The notes: a model not told the origin generated them from the sequence alone. A stretch of DNA of 64,000 nt from Candidatus Woesebacteria bacterium RIFCSPHIGHO2_01_FULL_39_32 (GCA_001792345.1 MGGJ01000006.1:22656-86655); one strand, 5' to 3'; counted from the stretch's first letter, positions 46,156 through 55,993 are shown. A program made the numbers and translations.

Positions 46156-46242
46156 CAAAATTATAATAATAATTTATCTGTATTTTTCCCCTTTAATCCT
46201 ATAATTACTCGGCCCCTACAAAATTAAAGTATAATACACTCC

Positions 46243-47151
46243 ATGATTAAAGATCGTTTAAAACCAATTACCACCCTTAGAGATGTATACCTCTCGTTTA
46301 AAGAACCATCACGATTGTTGCACTATATACCTAATATAGACAACTTTCCGGAAGATAAGGATCTAATTGTAAGACTTTGTTCTAGAAATGGGGACATTTC
46401 GGGCACATCCTTAGGGTTACTCACAATGTCCGGTCGGCAAACTACTTTAGATGAAAGGGTGGGGTTAGTTTATTTTGTGGCTTTGGTTGAAGAAGCGGAT
46501 ACAATCTTAGACGATCCTTCAACACCTAAATTTCAGGAACCGAAACAATTAAGCGAATTCCTCATGCCAAAAAATATTGTTTTGGACTCTAGTGAAATCA
46601 GCATTACTAAACTTCTCGAATTAAGTTTATCTAAATATAGTGAAGAAAAGAAGCAAACAATTCAGAATTTTATTTCCCAGATGCTCGAATTACATGTTGT
46701 TGATAAACCATATCCTTACTCCTACCACCAAGCACTTGAATATAAAGTGGCAACCGCTGTCTCATATGGAAGAGTTGCTTTAACTTTGATTAACAGCAAA
46801 TTTATAGAGTCGCCAGCATTCGACAATATTGCCACTTCCATACAAATTTTAGACGATGCTCATGATTGGCAAAAAGATTTTGAAGAAGGAAGCATGAATT
46901 TACTTCTTGGTACAGCCTATGATCAGTGGCAAACCAATGGAAATATCCCAAACCAAGATTGGAGCTTTCTTATCAATTTAGCTGGAAAGTCACAGGAATA
47001 TATCACTCCCAGAAAGCTTTTTAAACATCCCGAACTCCGGCATACAAAGACTGCTTTCGGACAGCATTTTATGGAAAATGCTTCAACGAGCGAAAGATTC
47101 CCATTCGATAAAGCGTTTTTTGCCTTATCGCGTCTAAAAATGGGAATTTAA
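46243..47151 (+). CDS. Class I isoprenoid synthase-fold protein
   Basis: EEADTILDD and QILDDAHDWQKDFEEG..N Asp-rich motifs. Confidence 0.6.
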   Translation: MIKDRLKPITTLRDVYLSFKEPSRLLHYIPNIDNFPEDKDLIVRLCSRNGDISGTSLGLLTMSGRQTTLDERVGLVYFVALVEEADTILDDPSTPKFQEPKQLSEFLMPKNIVLDSSEISITKLLELSLSKYSEEKKQTIQNFISQMLELHVVDKPYPYSYHQALEYKVATAVSYGRVALTLINSKFIESPAFDNIATSIQILDDAHDWQKDFEEGSMNLLLGTAYDQWQTNGNIPNQDWSFLINLAGKSQEYITPRKLFKHPELRHTKTAFGQHFMENASTSERFPFDKAFFALSRLKMGI

Positions 47152-47552
47152 CTCGTGAACCCAAAAAGTTTTATCCACTTTTTCCAATTTGGATCAGGCA
47201 AGACTTCTTCCTCCCTTTCGAATTTTGGTGCGAAGCTACGAACTATTTTATCCTCAGGCAAAATGATTACTATTTCCCCCTCTTTGCTCAAACCAAGATT
47301 ATCCCTTAGTTGTTTTTCAATAAACTCCTCAGATTGTACCTTTTCAAGTTTTTCTTGTAAGTTTTTCTGTTCCTCACGCAACGCACTTACCTTTCTTTCT
47401 TCTTCTTCAAGTAATAAACCAGCTTGTTTAATGTGAGCCAGGTTACGGATTACCGACAAAATAAGGGCTCCGAGAAAGATTAAAAGAAAAAAATGTACCG
47501 ATTTTTCCCCTATCCTTTTTATCTTTTCTTTGAGAATTCCAAGCATAGGCAA
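47148..47552 (-). CDS. Septum formation initiator (FtsB/DivIC) family
   Basis: TM helix, coiled coil, FIEKQLRDNLGLSKEGE. Confidence 0.85.
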   Translation of the reverse strand: MPMLGILKEKIKRIGEKSVHFFLLIFLGALILSVIRNLAHIKQAGLLLEEEERKVSALREEQKNLQEKLEKVQSEEFIEKQLRDNLGLSKEGEIVIILPEDKIVRSFAPKFEREEEVLPDPNWKKWIKLFGFTS

Positions 47553-47562
47553 AGTACTCTAG

Positions 47563-47633
47563 TTGACCTTTTTTTTAAAACTATGTTATCATACTATTCA
47601 TACCCTAACGGGAGGGGCTAAAAGCCCCTTTTT
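47563..47633 (+). promoter_or_regulatory. Promoter plus terminator-like hairpin in the recombinase leader
   Basis: TTGACC-18 bp-(TG)TATCAT, then AGGGGCT-AAA-AGCCCCT-TTTT about 30 nt before the ATG. Confidence 0.45.
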
Positions 47634-47664
47634 ATATAAAAAGGGTCATCATTAAGATAACAGT

Positions 47665-48528
47665 ATGGCACAGATTAGCTTTCAAAGTCTTCTCCCCACC
47701 TTTATCCAGGATTTAGAGAAGAAGGGTCGTTCGCCCTCAACAATTTTAGCCTATAGAGCTGACCTTGAACAGCTCTTAGAATATTTGGCTAATAAGGCTA
47801 AGGCAGCACCTGACCAAGTAGTCCAAGCTGATATAGAGACCTTTCGAGACACGCTTCTTACCCAAAAATACACTCCCAAATCCGTATCAAGGAAATTAAA
47901 TGCGGTAAAAACTTTCTTTAGATGGCTAATTAGCGAGAAACATTCGATTTCAAATCCTACTGAAAACGTTGCCCATCCTAAGATCGAACCCGCCTTGCCT
48001 AAGTTTTTATCTCCCATTGAATATAGGGCTTTGAGAGACGTTGTAAGAGATGACCCCAGAATTGGAGCAATAGTTGAGCTCATTCTCCAAACAGGAATGA
48101 GAATTTCCGAAGTTGCGAATATGAAACTCGTGAATTTACGAGATAGTGAGGTCGTAGTTGAAGCTTATGCAACCCAACCCCAAAGAACGGTCCCCCTCAA
48201 CAAACCCGCAAAAGAATCCCTCGACGAATACCTTAAAGAAAGACCCAAATCCGATTCCCCTTATGTATTTGTAAGTAAAAACGGAAAACCCTTAGCAGTC
48301 AGAAATATTCGTGCCGCAATTGATCGGTACATGCAAAAGGCTGAAATACCTCAGTATTCAGTTAACGATCTTAGGACAACGTTCGTTGTTGAAAATTTAA
48401 AAGAAGGGGTCGATTTGGTGCTTCTCTCACAGGTTGTTGGACATAAACGCCTATCCACAACCGAGAGGTACCTCGATCTGGCTGGAGTCAAAGAGCCCGG
48501 CAAAAAACAAACTTTGGCGGAATTGTAG
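47665..48528 (+). CDS. Tyrosine recombinase, XerC/XerD-like
   Basis: SAM-like N-domain (STILAYRADL, SRKLNAVKTFFRWL), TGMRISE, NDLRT, VGH..LSTTERY. Confidence 0.9.
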   Translation: MAQISFQSLLPTFIQDLEKKGRSPSTILAYRADLEQLLEYLANKAKAAPDQVVQADIETFRDTLLTQKYTPKSVSRKLNAVKTFFRWLISEKHSISNPTENVAHPKIEPALPKFLSPIEYRALRDVVRDDPRIGAIVELILQTGMRISEVANMKLVNLRDSEVVVEAYATQPQRTVPLNKPAKESLDEYLKERPKSDSPYVFVSKNGKPLAVRNIRAAIDRYMQKAEIPQYSVNDLRTTFVVENLKEGVDLVLLSQVVGHKRLSTTERYLDLAGVKEPGKKQTLAEL

Positions 48529-48542
48529 TTTACCAAAGTGCA

Positions 48543-48564
48543 GTCCTGAGCATGGCCGAAGGAC
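48543..48564. repeat. REP-like palindrome
   Basis: GTCCTGAGCATGGCCGAAGGAC between convergent genes. Confidence 0.55.
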
Positions 48565-48580
48565 AATCCCTCACCGAGCT

Positions 48581-49282
48581 TTAATTATTCCCTCTAAGCT
48601 CCTTTTGCAAATAATCTATGACATCTTTAGACTGGTTGCTTCGAACCTTTATTCTTCCCTTTTCTGCTACTTTCAAAGATTCTTTTGCGTACTCGAGCGC
48701 CTCTTTAACCTTTTTCTCAGAATTAAGAATTAAAGATTTGACCAAAAGTGCATGAGATAACCATACGGAAAAGTATTTTTTCTTAGCAGAATTTTCCTTT
48801 ATATCTTCTATCGCCTCGTCTACTAACTTATTAGCTCCATTTACACGTCCTGTTCTGAAATAGCAATAAGAAATATGAGCCTTTGTATCCCCAATCTGAG
48901 CTGAATTTCCTTCATAAAGTGGTAATAATTGCCTGAGATATTCCTCAGCCTTTTCAAATGCTCCAAGATTCAAGAGGGTGTTAGATACAGCCCTGATACT
49001 TAAAGGATTATTAAGTTTGTTCTCTCTATCATATTTCAACAAATCTTCGCCCAGCTTGAGTGCTTTTCTATACAAAGCTCCCCCCTCAAGACGATGTTGT
49101 ATAACATACTCTCCCATCGCAGTCGCGTAGATATTTTTAAGTTCTTTTGAAGAATCTTTTTGAAGTAATTTATTTATATCTTTGATTATAGATTCAAAAA
49201 GAAGTCTCGATTTTTCTAAATTTCCCTTTTCCCTGATATTAATCGCCTCGTCTATCCTATTTTCTAAACGCTTTATATTCAT
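48581..49282 (-). CDS. TPR-like helical repeat protein
   Basis: LG.FEKAEEYLRQLL, CYFRTG..A..LVDEAI, EALEYAKESL repeats. Confidence 0.7.
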   Translation of the reverse strand: MNIKRLENRIDEAINIREKGNLEKSRLLFESIIKDINKLLQKDSSKELKNIYATAMGEYVIQHRLEGGALYRKALKLGEDLLKYDRENKLNNPLSIRAVSNTLLNLGAFEKAEEYLRQLLPLYEGNSAQIGDTKAHISYCYFRTGRVNGANKLVDEAIEDIKENSAKKKYFSVWLSHALLVKSLILNSEKKVKEALEYAKESLKVAEKGRIKVRSNQSKDVIDYLQKELRGNN

Positions 49283-49305
49283 AACTGAAGTATATCAAAA
49301 GAAGA

Positions 49306-49327
49306 TGGGCATGTATGGATTCGACCA
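49306..49327 (-). other. Orphan tRNA 3'-end-like fragment
   Basis: Minus strand TGGTCGAATCCATACATGCCCA = T-loop, T-stem 3' strand, 7-nt acceptor strand and discriminator. Confidence 0.4.
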
Positions 49328-49354
49328 AGTCTGACTTGGACCATTCTCCACCGT

Positions 49355-50083
49355 CTATACTTTAGTAGATGGTTGTACAACATCGGTCTGCTCAGGTTGC
49401 GGCGGTCCAATTCCTTCTACTTCATCAAGTAAATCGCTAATCTGGTTGTATGCCAATCTTGCTTCTAGCGTATCCCCTCCTAGAAATGGACCATTGAGAA
49501 TTCTTCCGATTGGGACGCCATTTAATCTATCTAATTTTCCTCTATTTCCCTCCTGCAAGAGCCTAGTTCTTACGTCATTAAATCTTTTAGATAGAGCGTT
49601 GTAGGTTTTGCCATCAATTGGTTTTTGTGCATCAAACTGTGGTTTTACCACAGTGGGTGATGCGGGTTTTTCTGTAATCGGGATACCTCTGGCTCTTAAT
49701 ACTGCTTCGATACGGCCACGAGGAACACCATTTTCAATGCTGTAATCTACATAATTCTGGAGTGCAGATGGTTGACTTTGGCCTGCGAGTACTAATTCTG
49801 CCAATTTATTTAAATAATCCAAACGTTCATCTACTGCAGCTTTAGTTTCATCAGTCGGTCCTTTATCTTTATCCGCCTCAATTTTTATACCGTTGACTGG
49901 ACTTTTGGAATCATCAACCTCAACAGTAGCAGGAGTTATGACTTCTAACGGTTCTTGAAAAGGGGGTTCAGGAATTTCTCCGGTGGTTGAAAGTTGAGGA
50001 TCTTTTGGAAGATCGACTGGCTTAGAAACCTGTGTATCTGGTTTAGGTATCCCTTGTTCAACTGATTCGGATGAATCGCTCAT
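49355..50083 (-). CDS. Hypothetical acidic Pro-rich protein (start MSDSSE; the track start overlaps the tRNA)
   Basis: Disordered N-terminus; ATG at 50083. Confidence 0.55.
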   Translation of the reverse strand: MSDSSESVEQGIPKPDTQVSKPVDLPKDPQLSTTGEIPEPPFQEPLEVITPATVEVDDSKSPVNGIKIEADKDKGPTDETKAAVDERLDYLNKLAELVLAGQSQPSALQNYVDYSIENGVPRGRIEAVLRARGIPITEKPASPTVVKPQFDAQKPIDGKTYNALSKRFNDVRTRLLQEGNRGKLDRLNGVPIGRILNGPFLGGDTLEARLAYNQISDLLDEVEGIGPPQPEQTDVVQPSTKV

Positions 50084-50111
50084 AGTTTTATTCTGACAAT
50101 TTAAAATTATG

Positions 50112-50183
50112 TGCACCCGCTTGGATTCGAACCAAGGACCCACGACTTATAAGATCGTTGCTCTACCGCTGAGCTACGGGTGC
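50112..50183 (-). tRNA. tRNA-Ile (anticodon TAT)
   Basis: GCACCCG acceptor, ACGAT-CTTATAA-GTCGT anticodon arm, GGTTCGAATCC. Confidence 0.9.
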
Positions 50184-50220
50184 TAAGCGAGGATATTATA
50201 TCAAAGCTGGGCTTGAAGTA

Positions 50221-50439
50221 TCAAAGGAATTTAATAATATCTTTTACCGAAAAATCTCTTTCTTCATTCTTATCCAAGTCCAGTGCTTTTAGAAGCCAAC
50301 CTTCTTTTGGATGCCATTGAGTCTTACCAAACCAGATTTTAATTGGCCGAACAGTTCTAATTGCAATCTTATTTTCCCAGTTTTTGTATTTGAATTTTAA
50401 AGCTTTTTGCATTTTTACTAACTCCTCACTACCAACCAC
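50221..50439 (-). CDS. Stand-alone WYL domain protein
   Basis: F.Y.N......RTVRP......WLL.ALDLDKNEERDF...I. Confidence 0.8.
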   Translation of the reverse strand: MVGSEELVKMQKALKFKYKNWENKIAIRTVRPIKIWFGKTQWHPKEGWLLKALDLDKNEERDFSVKDIIKFL

Positions 50440-50451
50440 TAACTACTTGTA

Positions 50452-52788
50452 TTATAGTTTCGCTCTTCTTGCAACTTCGGATTCAACTAGTTTTACATCG
50501 CGGCCATAGCGAAGTCTACTCATTTCTTTAATAATTTCGGCTACCTTTGGATTCATCAATTCTTTTTGCTTGGCCATATCCTTATAAAGTCCCATTGAAA
50601 ACGGAGGAACAGGTTCGTTATTTACAGTCGTTTTGATATAGACGTTATATTTTTCAATATTAAGAAGGTCCTCCTCAGAAAAGGTAGGGGTAAACTCGCG
50701 TTGCAGATAATTTGCATCGGTTACTCCAATGCGAAAACTTGCTATGGTACCCACGTTTCCGAATATGGCATTTTTAACTTCCTCGTCAACCTGTCCGATG
50801 AATTGATTTGCGACACATAAAGCCAATCGATATTTTCTGGCTTCGGAGAGTATTACGGCAAAATCTGGAGTCGCAAAGTTTTGGAACTCGTCAACATAAA
50901 GGAAAAAGTCTCGTCTTTGTTCTTTGGGTACATCAGAACGGCTCATTGCAGCCATAAGGATTCGAGGAACTAAAATTAATCCTAAGAAGCTTGAATTTTC
51001 CTCGCCGAGGTTACCTTTTGAGAGATTTACAAAAAGAATTTTTCCTTGATCCATCACTTCCCTTAAGGAAAAGGAGCTCTTTGACTGTCCGATTATATTC
51101 CTGATCATCTTATTGGTAACGAAACGCCCAAACTTAGAAGTAATGTAGTCGAGCACCTCCGATTTATGAAAGTCAGAAGTTTGAGCTATTTGATCGGTCC
51201 AATAGCGCCTTACGATTGGATCTTGAACTTTGGGAAGTATTTCCTGAACGTATCTTGAATCGGTTAAGACACGCATAACCTCAATAAAAGTACTTCCTTC
51301 TTCACTCATGACGGTAAGCATTGCATTTCTTACTGCATGCTCAAAACGGGGTCCTACTATACCGGTTTTGTAAGGATCGAAAAGTTTATACATCATATTT
51401 ATGACAGCAGTTGCTGCAAAATGCTTTTGGTCTTCAGTATTTGCTTCAAGTAAGTTTAATCCCATCGGACGCTCTGTATCTGCAGGATTAAAGTAAATCA
51501 CGTCTTCTGCTCGCTCAGGAGGAATCATCTGCAAAAGATCCTCAACCGTATCACCGTGCGGATCCATAAAACAAACACCTTTTCCGGCTTTAATGTCCTG
51601 CATGATCATATCTAAAAGAAGCTCAGATTTTCCGGTACCAGTTTTCCCTATTATGTAAATATGTCGCAGACGATCTTCGTTCCCTATATAAACCGGCCGT
51701 TTAATACCTCTATAAGAACTCTCGCCCAGATATAACCCCTCTTGAGGAATTTGTGCGGGAGCAGGAGCTTTCTTTGAATATATCCAGTAAATGTGAGGGG
51801 TAGTAATTAGTTTATTGGGAAAATGAAAAACGCTTGCCAACTCTTCCGAATTTAAGATGCTAACTCTATTACCTGCATAGTTAAAAAGAGGTTGATAACG
51901 GTATAGGAAGTCCTCAATAAATGCCCCCTTTCTCCAGATTTTTCTGCTTGAAAAATTATTCATTTCCCCAGAAAACTGTTCAAATGCACTCATTATGTTG
52001 GTCAGATGTGCATTAGCTGAAGCCTCGTTTTGGGAAACGCATACAATCCTTATACTCACTTCGAATCCAGGTTTTGAAATTTTATTTTCAACCGCTTCAA
52101 GGGTCTTTGTCGAAACCGCAAATTTTGCTTTTTCAGGGTCTGACTCTTGTTTTTTCGTCTGACCAATAAAGGAGGCTCCTGCTTTTTGCCAAGAAGAATC
52201 CGCCGGTGAAATTAATACCTGAATCGCAGCTGCTTCATCGGTACCCATTTTCGCTAGAGCAGATGTGAGAGATGCTAAAGGATCAGTAGGAAGATCTTTA
52301 AATACCTTTAGTGGGTAAAAATTTGGTTTTTTGAGCTGAATCGATTTATAAGCTACTTTGGCTTTTTCCAGAAAAATATTATATTCAGGTACCTCTATTA
52401 TTTCCGCATCAGAATAGGCTCCATGAATCTGTTTTTCTATTAGGTCCTGGAAAGTTTTCGGCGTCCATATATAAAAGCGTATATCTTCCTGTTTAGCAAC
52501 AATTTCAAATGAGATTGTAGGTTGTGACTTATACTTTTGCTTCCAACCACCTTTTTTGATGGAATATAGAGAAGAAAACATCTGTTCCATGGCGTCGATC
52601 TTAACTTCGTTATTCTTAGGAACTGCGACTTGAAGAAGTACTGAATCAATTGAATGTTCTTCTCTCCCCTTGCCTTTGAATAAAGCAAGTCCAAAAACTG
52701 CTGCGCCAACTAGAACAAATATAAAAAGTCCTGATAGAAATATTGTTATGAAAAAATATGTTAGATCAAATGGTGTTGTTGGTAACAT
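50452..52788 (-). CDS. VirD4/TraD/HerA-like membrane-anchored ATPase
   Basis: DRLRHIYIIGKTGTGKS, DPHGD, LYVDEFQNF, LSEARKY, NQF..Q. Confidence 0.9.
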   Translation of the reverse strand: MLPTTPFDLTYFFITIFLSGLFIFVLVGAAVFGLALFKGKGREEHSIDSVLLQVAVPKNNEVKIDAMEQMFSSLYSIKKGGWKQKYKSQPTISFEIVAKQEDIRFYIWTPKTFQDLIEKQIHGAYSDAEIIEVPEYNIFLEKAKVAYKSIQLKKPNFYPLKVFKDLPTDPLASLTSALAKMGTDEAAAIQVLISPADSSWQKAGASFIGQTKKQESDPEKAKFAVSTKTLEAVENKISKPGFEVSIRIVCVSQNEASANAHLTNIMSAFEQFSGEMNNFSSRKIWRKGAFIEDFLYRYQPLFNYAGNRVSILNSEELASVFHFPNKLITTPHIYWIYSKKAPAPAQIPQEGLYLGESSYRGIKRPVYIGNEDRLRHIYIIGKTGTGKSELLLDMIMQDIKAGKGVCFMDPHGDTVEDLLQMIPPERAEDVIYFNPADTERPMGLNLLEANTEDQKHFAATAVINMMYKLFDPYKTGIVGPRFEHAVRNAMLTVMSEEGSTFIEVMRVLTDSRYVQEILPKVQDPIVRRYWTDQIAQTSDFHKSEVLDYITSKFGRFVTNKMIRNIIGQSKSSFSLREVMDQGKILFVNLSKGNLGEENSSFLGLILVPRILMAAMSRSDVPKEQRRDFFLYVDEFQNFATPDFAVILSEARKYRLALCVANQFIGQVDEEVKNAIFGNVGTIASFRIGVTDANYLQREFTPTFSEEDLLNIEKYNVYIKTTVNNEPVPPFSMGLYKDMAKQKELMNPKVAEIIKEMSRLRYGRDVKLVESEVARRAKL

Positions 52789-53137
52789 TTGGATTGACTC
52801 CTTTCATTACAATCCTCCAACCAAAATGAATGGCCTTTTTAATTAGTCTAAGCCAAAAGAAAGCAAGCCACGTTAACGATTCGGCGGGGGAACCTTTCGA
52901 CCAATCGTCAAGTTGTTGCGCACTTGCGGGAATTGTTATTGTAACAACTTGTGTTGACGGGGTCTGAATCAGCTGAGCTCCTGTATCGTCAACTATCTGA
53001 GCAGTAACTTGACTAGGAACTTTTTGCACCCCCATTTCTTGCAACTCAGGAGTTGGTTCAGGCATTTCTTCTTCCTGCTCCCGAACCCCTTCAGGAATTT
53101 GCGGCTGTGGTTCTTGGTCTTTTCTTTCAGGCTCCAT
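52766..53137 (-). CDS. Hypothetical protein, co-transcribed with the ATPase
   Basis: Overlaps the ATPase start; SLTWLA..W.R.IK C-terminal motif. Confidence 0.6.
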   Translation of the reverse strand: MEPERKDQEPQPQIPEGVREQEEEMPEPTPELQEMGVQKVPSQVTAQIVDDTGAQLIQTPSTQVVTITIPASAQQLDDWSKGSPAESLTWLAFFWLRLIKKAIHFGWRIVMKGVNPNVTNNTI

Positions 53138-53159
53138 ACTCTAACAATTGTAACACTAA

Positions 53160-53705
53160 TTACTTCTTCTTCCCTCTCCAAATCTCATCCTTAATTCCAG
53201 CTTTAGTATTAACTTCCCTTGCAAGCATAAATAATGTGTCCGACAGCCTATTTAAATACTCTAAAATCTGTGGTTTTATCCCTTCGACTTTGCTCAGGGT
53301 TACCATCCGACGCTCAACTCGACGGGCAAGTGCGCGGGAATATTGAAGTTGAGCAGAAACTAGATTTCCTCCGGGAACAATAAAATTTTTTAAAACCGGC
53401 AATTTTCCTTCCAATTCATCGATCAACCTCTCAAGTTTCTTTGTTTGAACGGAGGAAAAACGCAACTTCGACCCCGCGGTAATTGAGCCTATTGTTAAAA
53501 GATTTCTTTGTATTTCTCCAGCTACTTTTTGAGGCTTTTTGCCTTCTAGTGAAGTTTTAACTATCCCTAAAAAACTATTTAGCTCATCGATTGATCCCAG
53601 CGCTTCGACTCTTAATGAATCCTTCGAAACTCTAGCTCTCTGACTTGCCTCCTTGTCAAACATACTCGTTTCCCCTTTATCACCTCGCTTTGTGTATATA
53701 GCCAT
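53160..53705 (-). CDS. pduO: ATP:cob(I)alamin adenosyltransferase (PduO type)
   Basis: IYTKRGDKGET, GSIDELNS, FIVPGG, RRVER, YLNRLSD.LF. Confidence 0.95.
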   Translation of the reverse strand: MAIYTKRGDKGETSMFDKEASQRARVSKDSLRVEALGSIDELNSFLGIVKTSLEGKKPQKVAGEIQRNLLTIGSITAGSKLRFSSVQTKKLERLIDELEGKLPVLKNFIVPGGNLVSAQLQYSRALARRVERRMVTLSKVEGIKPQILEYLNRLSDTLFMLAREVNTKAGIKDEIWRGKKK

Positions 53706-53794
53706 AATTTTAAATATTATGTGATTAGGATATTAAGATATTAGGAGAATAGGTACAATAATAAAAAACAATCTTTAGAAGAGATCTATTTGCT

Positions 53795-55993
53795 TCATAA
53801 TTCACACGTAGAAAATCCACACCTAGCACATTTGTAGCATTTTTTGTCTTTCTTTAAAGGTAAATCACAAGTTGGGCACATTTTGACTACTTCCTGCATA
53901 TCTTTATTCCCCCCAAATTCGAAGACCTGACCCTTTTTGGTTCTGTCTCGATAAACCGTCAAACCTTTACACCCAAGCTTCCATGCCAAGATATATGCTT
54001 CTTCAATATCACCCGGCGTTGCACTTGCCGGCATATTTATGGTTTTTGTTATAGCGTTATCTGTCCATTTTTGAAATGCCGCCTGCATTTTTATATGGTC
54101 TCGCCAATCAATATCATGAGCAACTTTAAAAACTCGTCGCAGATCCACTGGAATTTCCTTCATTTCTTGAATACTTCCGTGGTTTTCAATTATCTTTTGT
54201 ATCAATTCATCTGAATATAATCCTCTTTCTTTAAGTTTCTCGACAAAATTAGGTATTACGGTCCGAAGTCGCATGCCATCCATTACGTTTTGTTCGTATG
54301 CGAGTGCAAAATAGGGCTCAATCCCAAAAGAGGTCTCACAAATAACCGCATTTCCGCTTGACGGTGGGAAGGTCATCAAAGCAACATTTCTTGGTTTTTT
54401 CTTCTTACTAGCCCAAATAGAATCCTTTACCAGTGGAAAGGATCCTTTTTCCTCCGCAATCTCGCAAGAAGAGTCAAACGCTGACTCGTACATGGTTCTT
54501 GCAACTTTTTCCGCCAGGGTAAATGCTTCATCGCTGTCGTAAGGAATATTAAGCATGGCCAAGGCTTCTGCCCAACCAACCGCTCCAATTCCAATTCTTC
54601 TATGGTTTGAGACAGCATCCGCCACTTCCTTTACGGGAAATCTTGAAGCGTCGATAACGTCATCCATAAGCCTCACTGCAACCTTCATAACCTCTCCGAG
54701 CTTCTTAAAGTTGAATCCGCCAGTTGGCAGATCATTTTCAATAAACTTAACAAAATTTACATAACCCAGATTGCAGGATTCGAAAGGATATAGCGGTTCT
54801 TCTCCGCATGGATTTGTAGCCATAATTGGACCACGCTTAGCTAAAAGTGGGTTTGCAAGTGCGGTTCCTTGGTTTATTGCAGACAAATTAATTATCCCAG
54901 GATCTCCAGTCTGCCAAGCCATTGTAGCCACCAGCTCAAGAATTGACTTTGCTTTGACGGTATTTACCACTTCACCTGTTCTTGGATTTACTAAATTCCA
55001 GTCCTTTCCCTTCAAAGCAGCTTTCATAAATTCATCTTTAATTCCTACCGAAATGTTCGTCTTAGGAAGGTACCCATCAGCCTGTTTGGCTGTAACAAAA
55101 TTAAAAATATCTGAGTGATCGGCATTAAGAATAGCCATATTACCGGATTCGTATCTTCCCTCTTGTCTAAAAAGAGATGTCATTAAATCAAACATCTCAA
55201 TCATTTTAACCGGTCCTGCAGCCAAATCCGGAATACCACCAACAATGTCTCCTTCGGGTCGAATTTTTGAAAAGTTATAACCACACCCGCCTCCGTTTTT
55301 CTTTATCAGTGTGGACTTATGAAGAATATCAAAAATTCCGTCTATGTCGTCTTCCATAGGCCAGACAAAACAATTCGCAAGCTGAGGAGAAGCCTTCCCA
55401 GCATTGGCCAAGGTCCTCGTTCCAGGCAAGAATTCAAAATTAACCATAATCTTATAGAACTCCTCGTACCATGTCTCTTGAAGTTTTTTAGTCCTTTCTT
55501 CTTTTGCTAAAAAATTAGCAACCCTTTCTATCATTTGCCTTGGAGTTTCAATAATTTCTCCTTTAACGTTCCGTTGCAAATAACGTTGCTTTAGGATATA
55601 GAGAGTGTTATAGGTAAGTCCGATGTCGTCCTTTATACCAAGGCTCTCTTTATCCTGTCGGGCATGTTTTTTATTTTCGCGATAGCGAATAAACTCTTTC
55701 GCAGTTTTTGCGTGCCCTTTTTCGATTAAAACTTTTTCAACCAGTTCACCTATCTCCAATGTTTGTATGACTTCCCCATTCGGAAATCTTTCTTGTAAAG
55801 TAGCCAAAACCTCGCTTCCCAGCTCGTAAGCTAGTTTTCTATCATTATCCCCCACTTTTTGTGTAGCTTTCCAAATACTATCGGAAATTTTTTGTGGAGC
55901 AAATTCTTCAGTGTTACCACTTAACTTTAATACCTTTTTTGCTGGTGAAAGATGAGTTGTCTTCAACATTCTGAGTACCCACAGGAGAAACAT
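53795..55993 (-). CDS. nrdJ: Class II ribonucleotide reductase paralog with ATP cone and divergent substrate-site motifs
   Basis: ATP cone; ANCFV, TNPCGE, SCNLG, RRIGIG, KTIN, KGLTVYRD; C-terminal Cys cluster. Confidence 0.9.
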   Translation of the reverse strand: MFLLWVLRMLKTTHLSPAKKVLKLSGNTEEFAPQKISDSIWKATQKVGDNDRKLAYELGSEVLATLQERFPNGEVIQTLEIGELVEKVLIEKGHAKTAKEFIRYRENKKHARQDKESLGIKDDIGLTYNTLYILKQRYLQRNVKGEIIETPRQMIERVANFLAKEERTKKLQETWYEEFYKIMVNFEFLPGTRTLANAGKASPQLANCFVWPMEDDIDGIFDILHKSTLIKKNGGGCGYNFSKIRPEGDIVGGIPDLAAGPVKMIEMFDLMTSLFRQEGRYESGNMAILNADHSDIFNFVTAKQADGYLPKTNISVGIKDEFMKAALKGKDWNLVNPRTGEVVNTVKAKSILELVATMAWQTGDPGIINLSAINQGTALANPLLAKRGPIMATNPCGEEPLYPFESCNLGYVNFVKFIENDLPTGGFNFKKLGEVMKVAVRLMDDVIDASRFPVKEVADAVSNHRRIGIGAVGWAEALAMLNIPYDSDEAFTLAEKVARTMYESAFDSSCEIAEEKGSFPLVKDSIWASKKKKPRNVALMTFPPSSGNAVICETSFGIEPYFALAYEQNVMDGMRLRTVIPNFVEKLKERGLYSDELIQKIIENHGSIQEMKEIPVDLRRVFKVAHDIDWRDHIKMQAAFQKWTDNAITKTINMPASATPGDIEEAYILAWKLGCKGLTVYRDRTKKGQVFEFGGNKDMQEVVKMCPTCDLPLKKDKKCYKCARCGFSTCEL

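Noticed and set aside
45393-46204. Plus-strand ORFs 45393..45716, 45740..45955, 45765..45989, 46016..46204
   Set aside because: They overlap the T-box leader and tRNAs; shadow ORFs
49307-49352. tmRNA (GGGCATGTATGGATTCGAC...CTCCACC on the plus strand)
   Set aside because: Only about 46 nt, poor acceptor pairing and no tag ORF; better explained as a minus-strand tRNA 3' fragment
50452-52788. Conjugative element or ICE
   Set aside because: No relaxase, VirB4 or mating-pair genes nearby; such ATPases are common chromosomal genes in CPR
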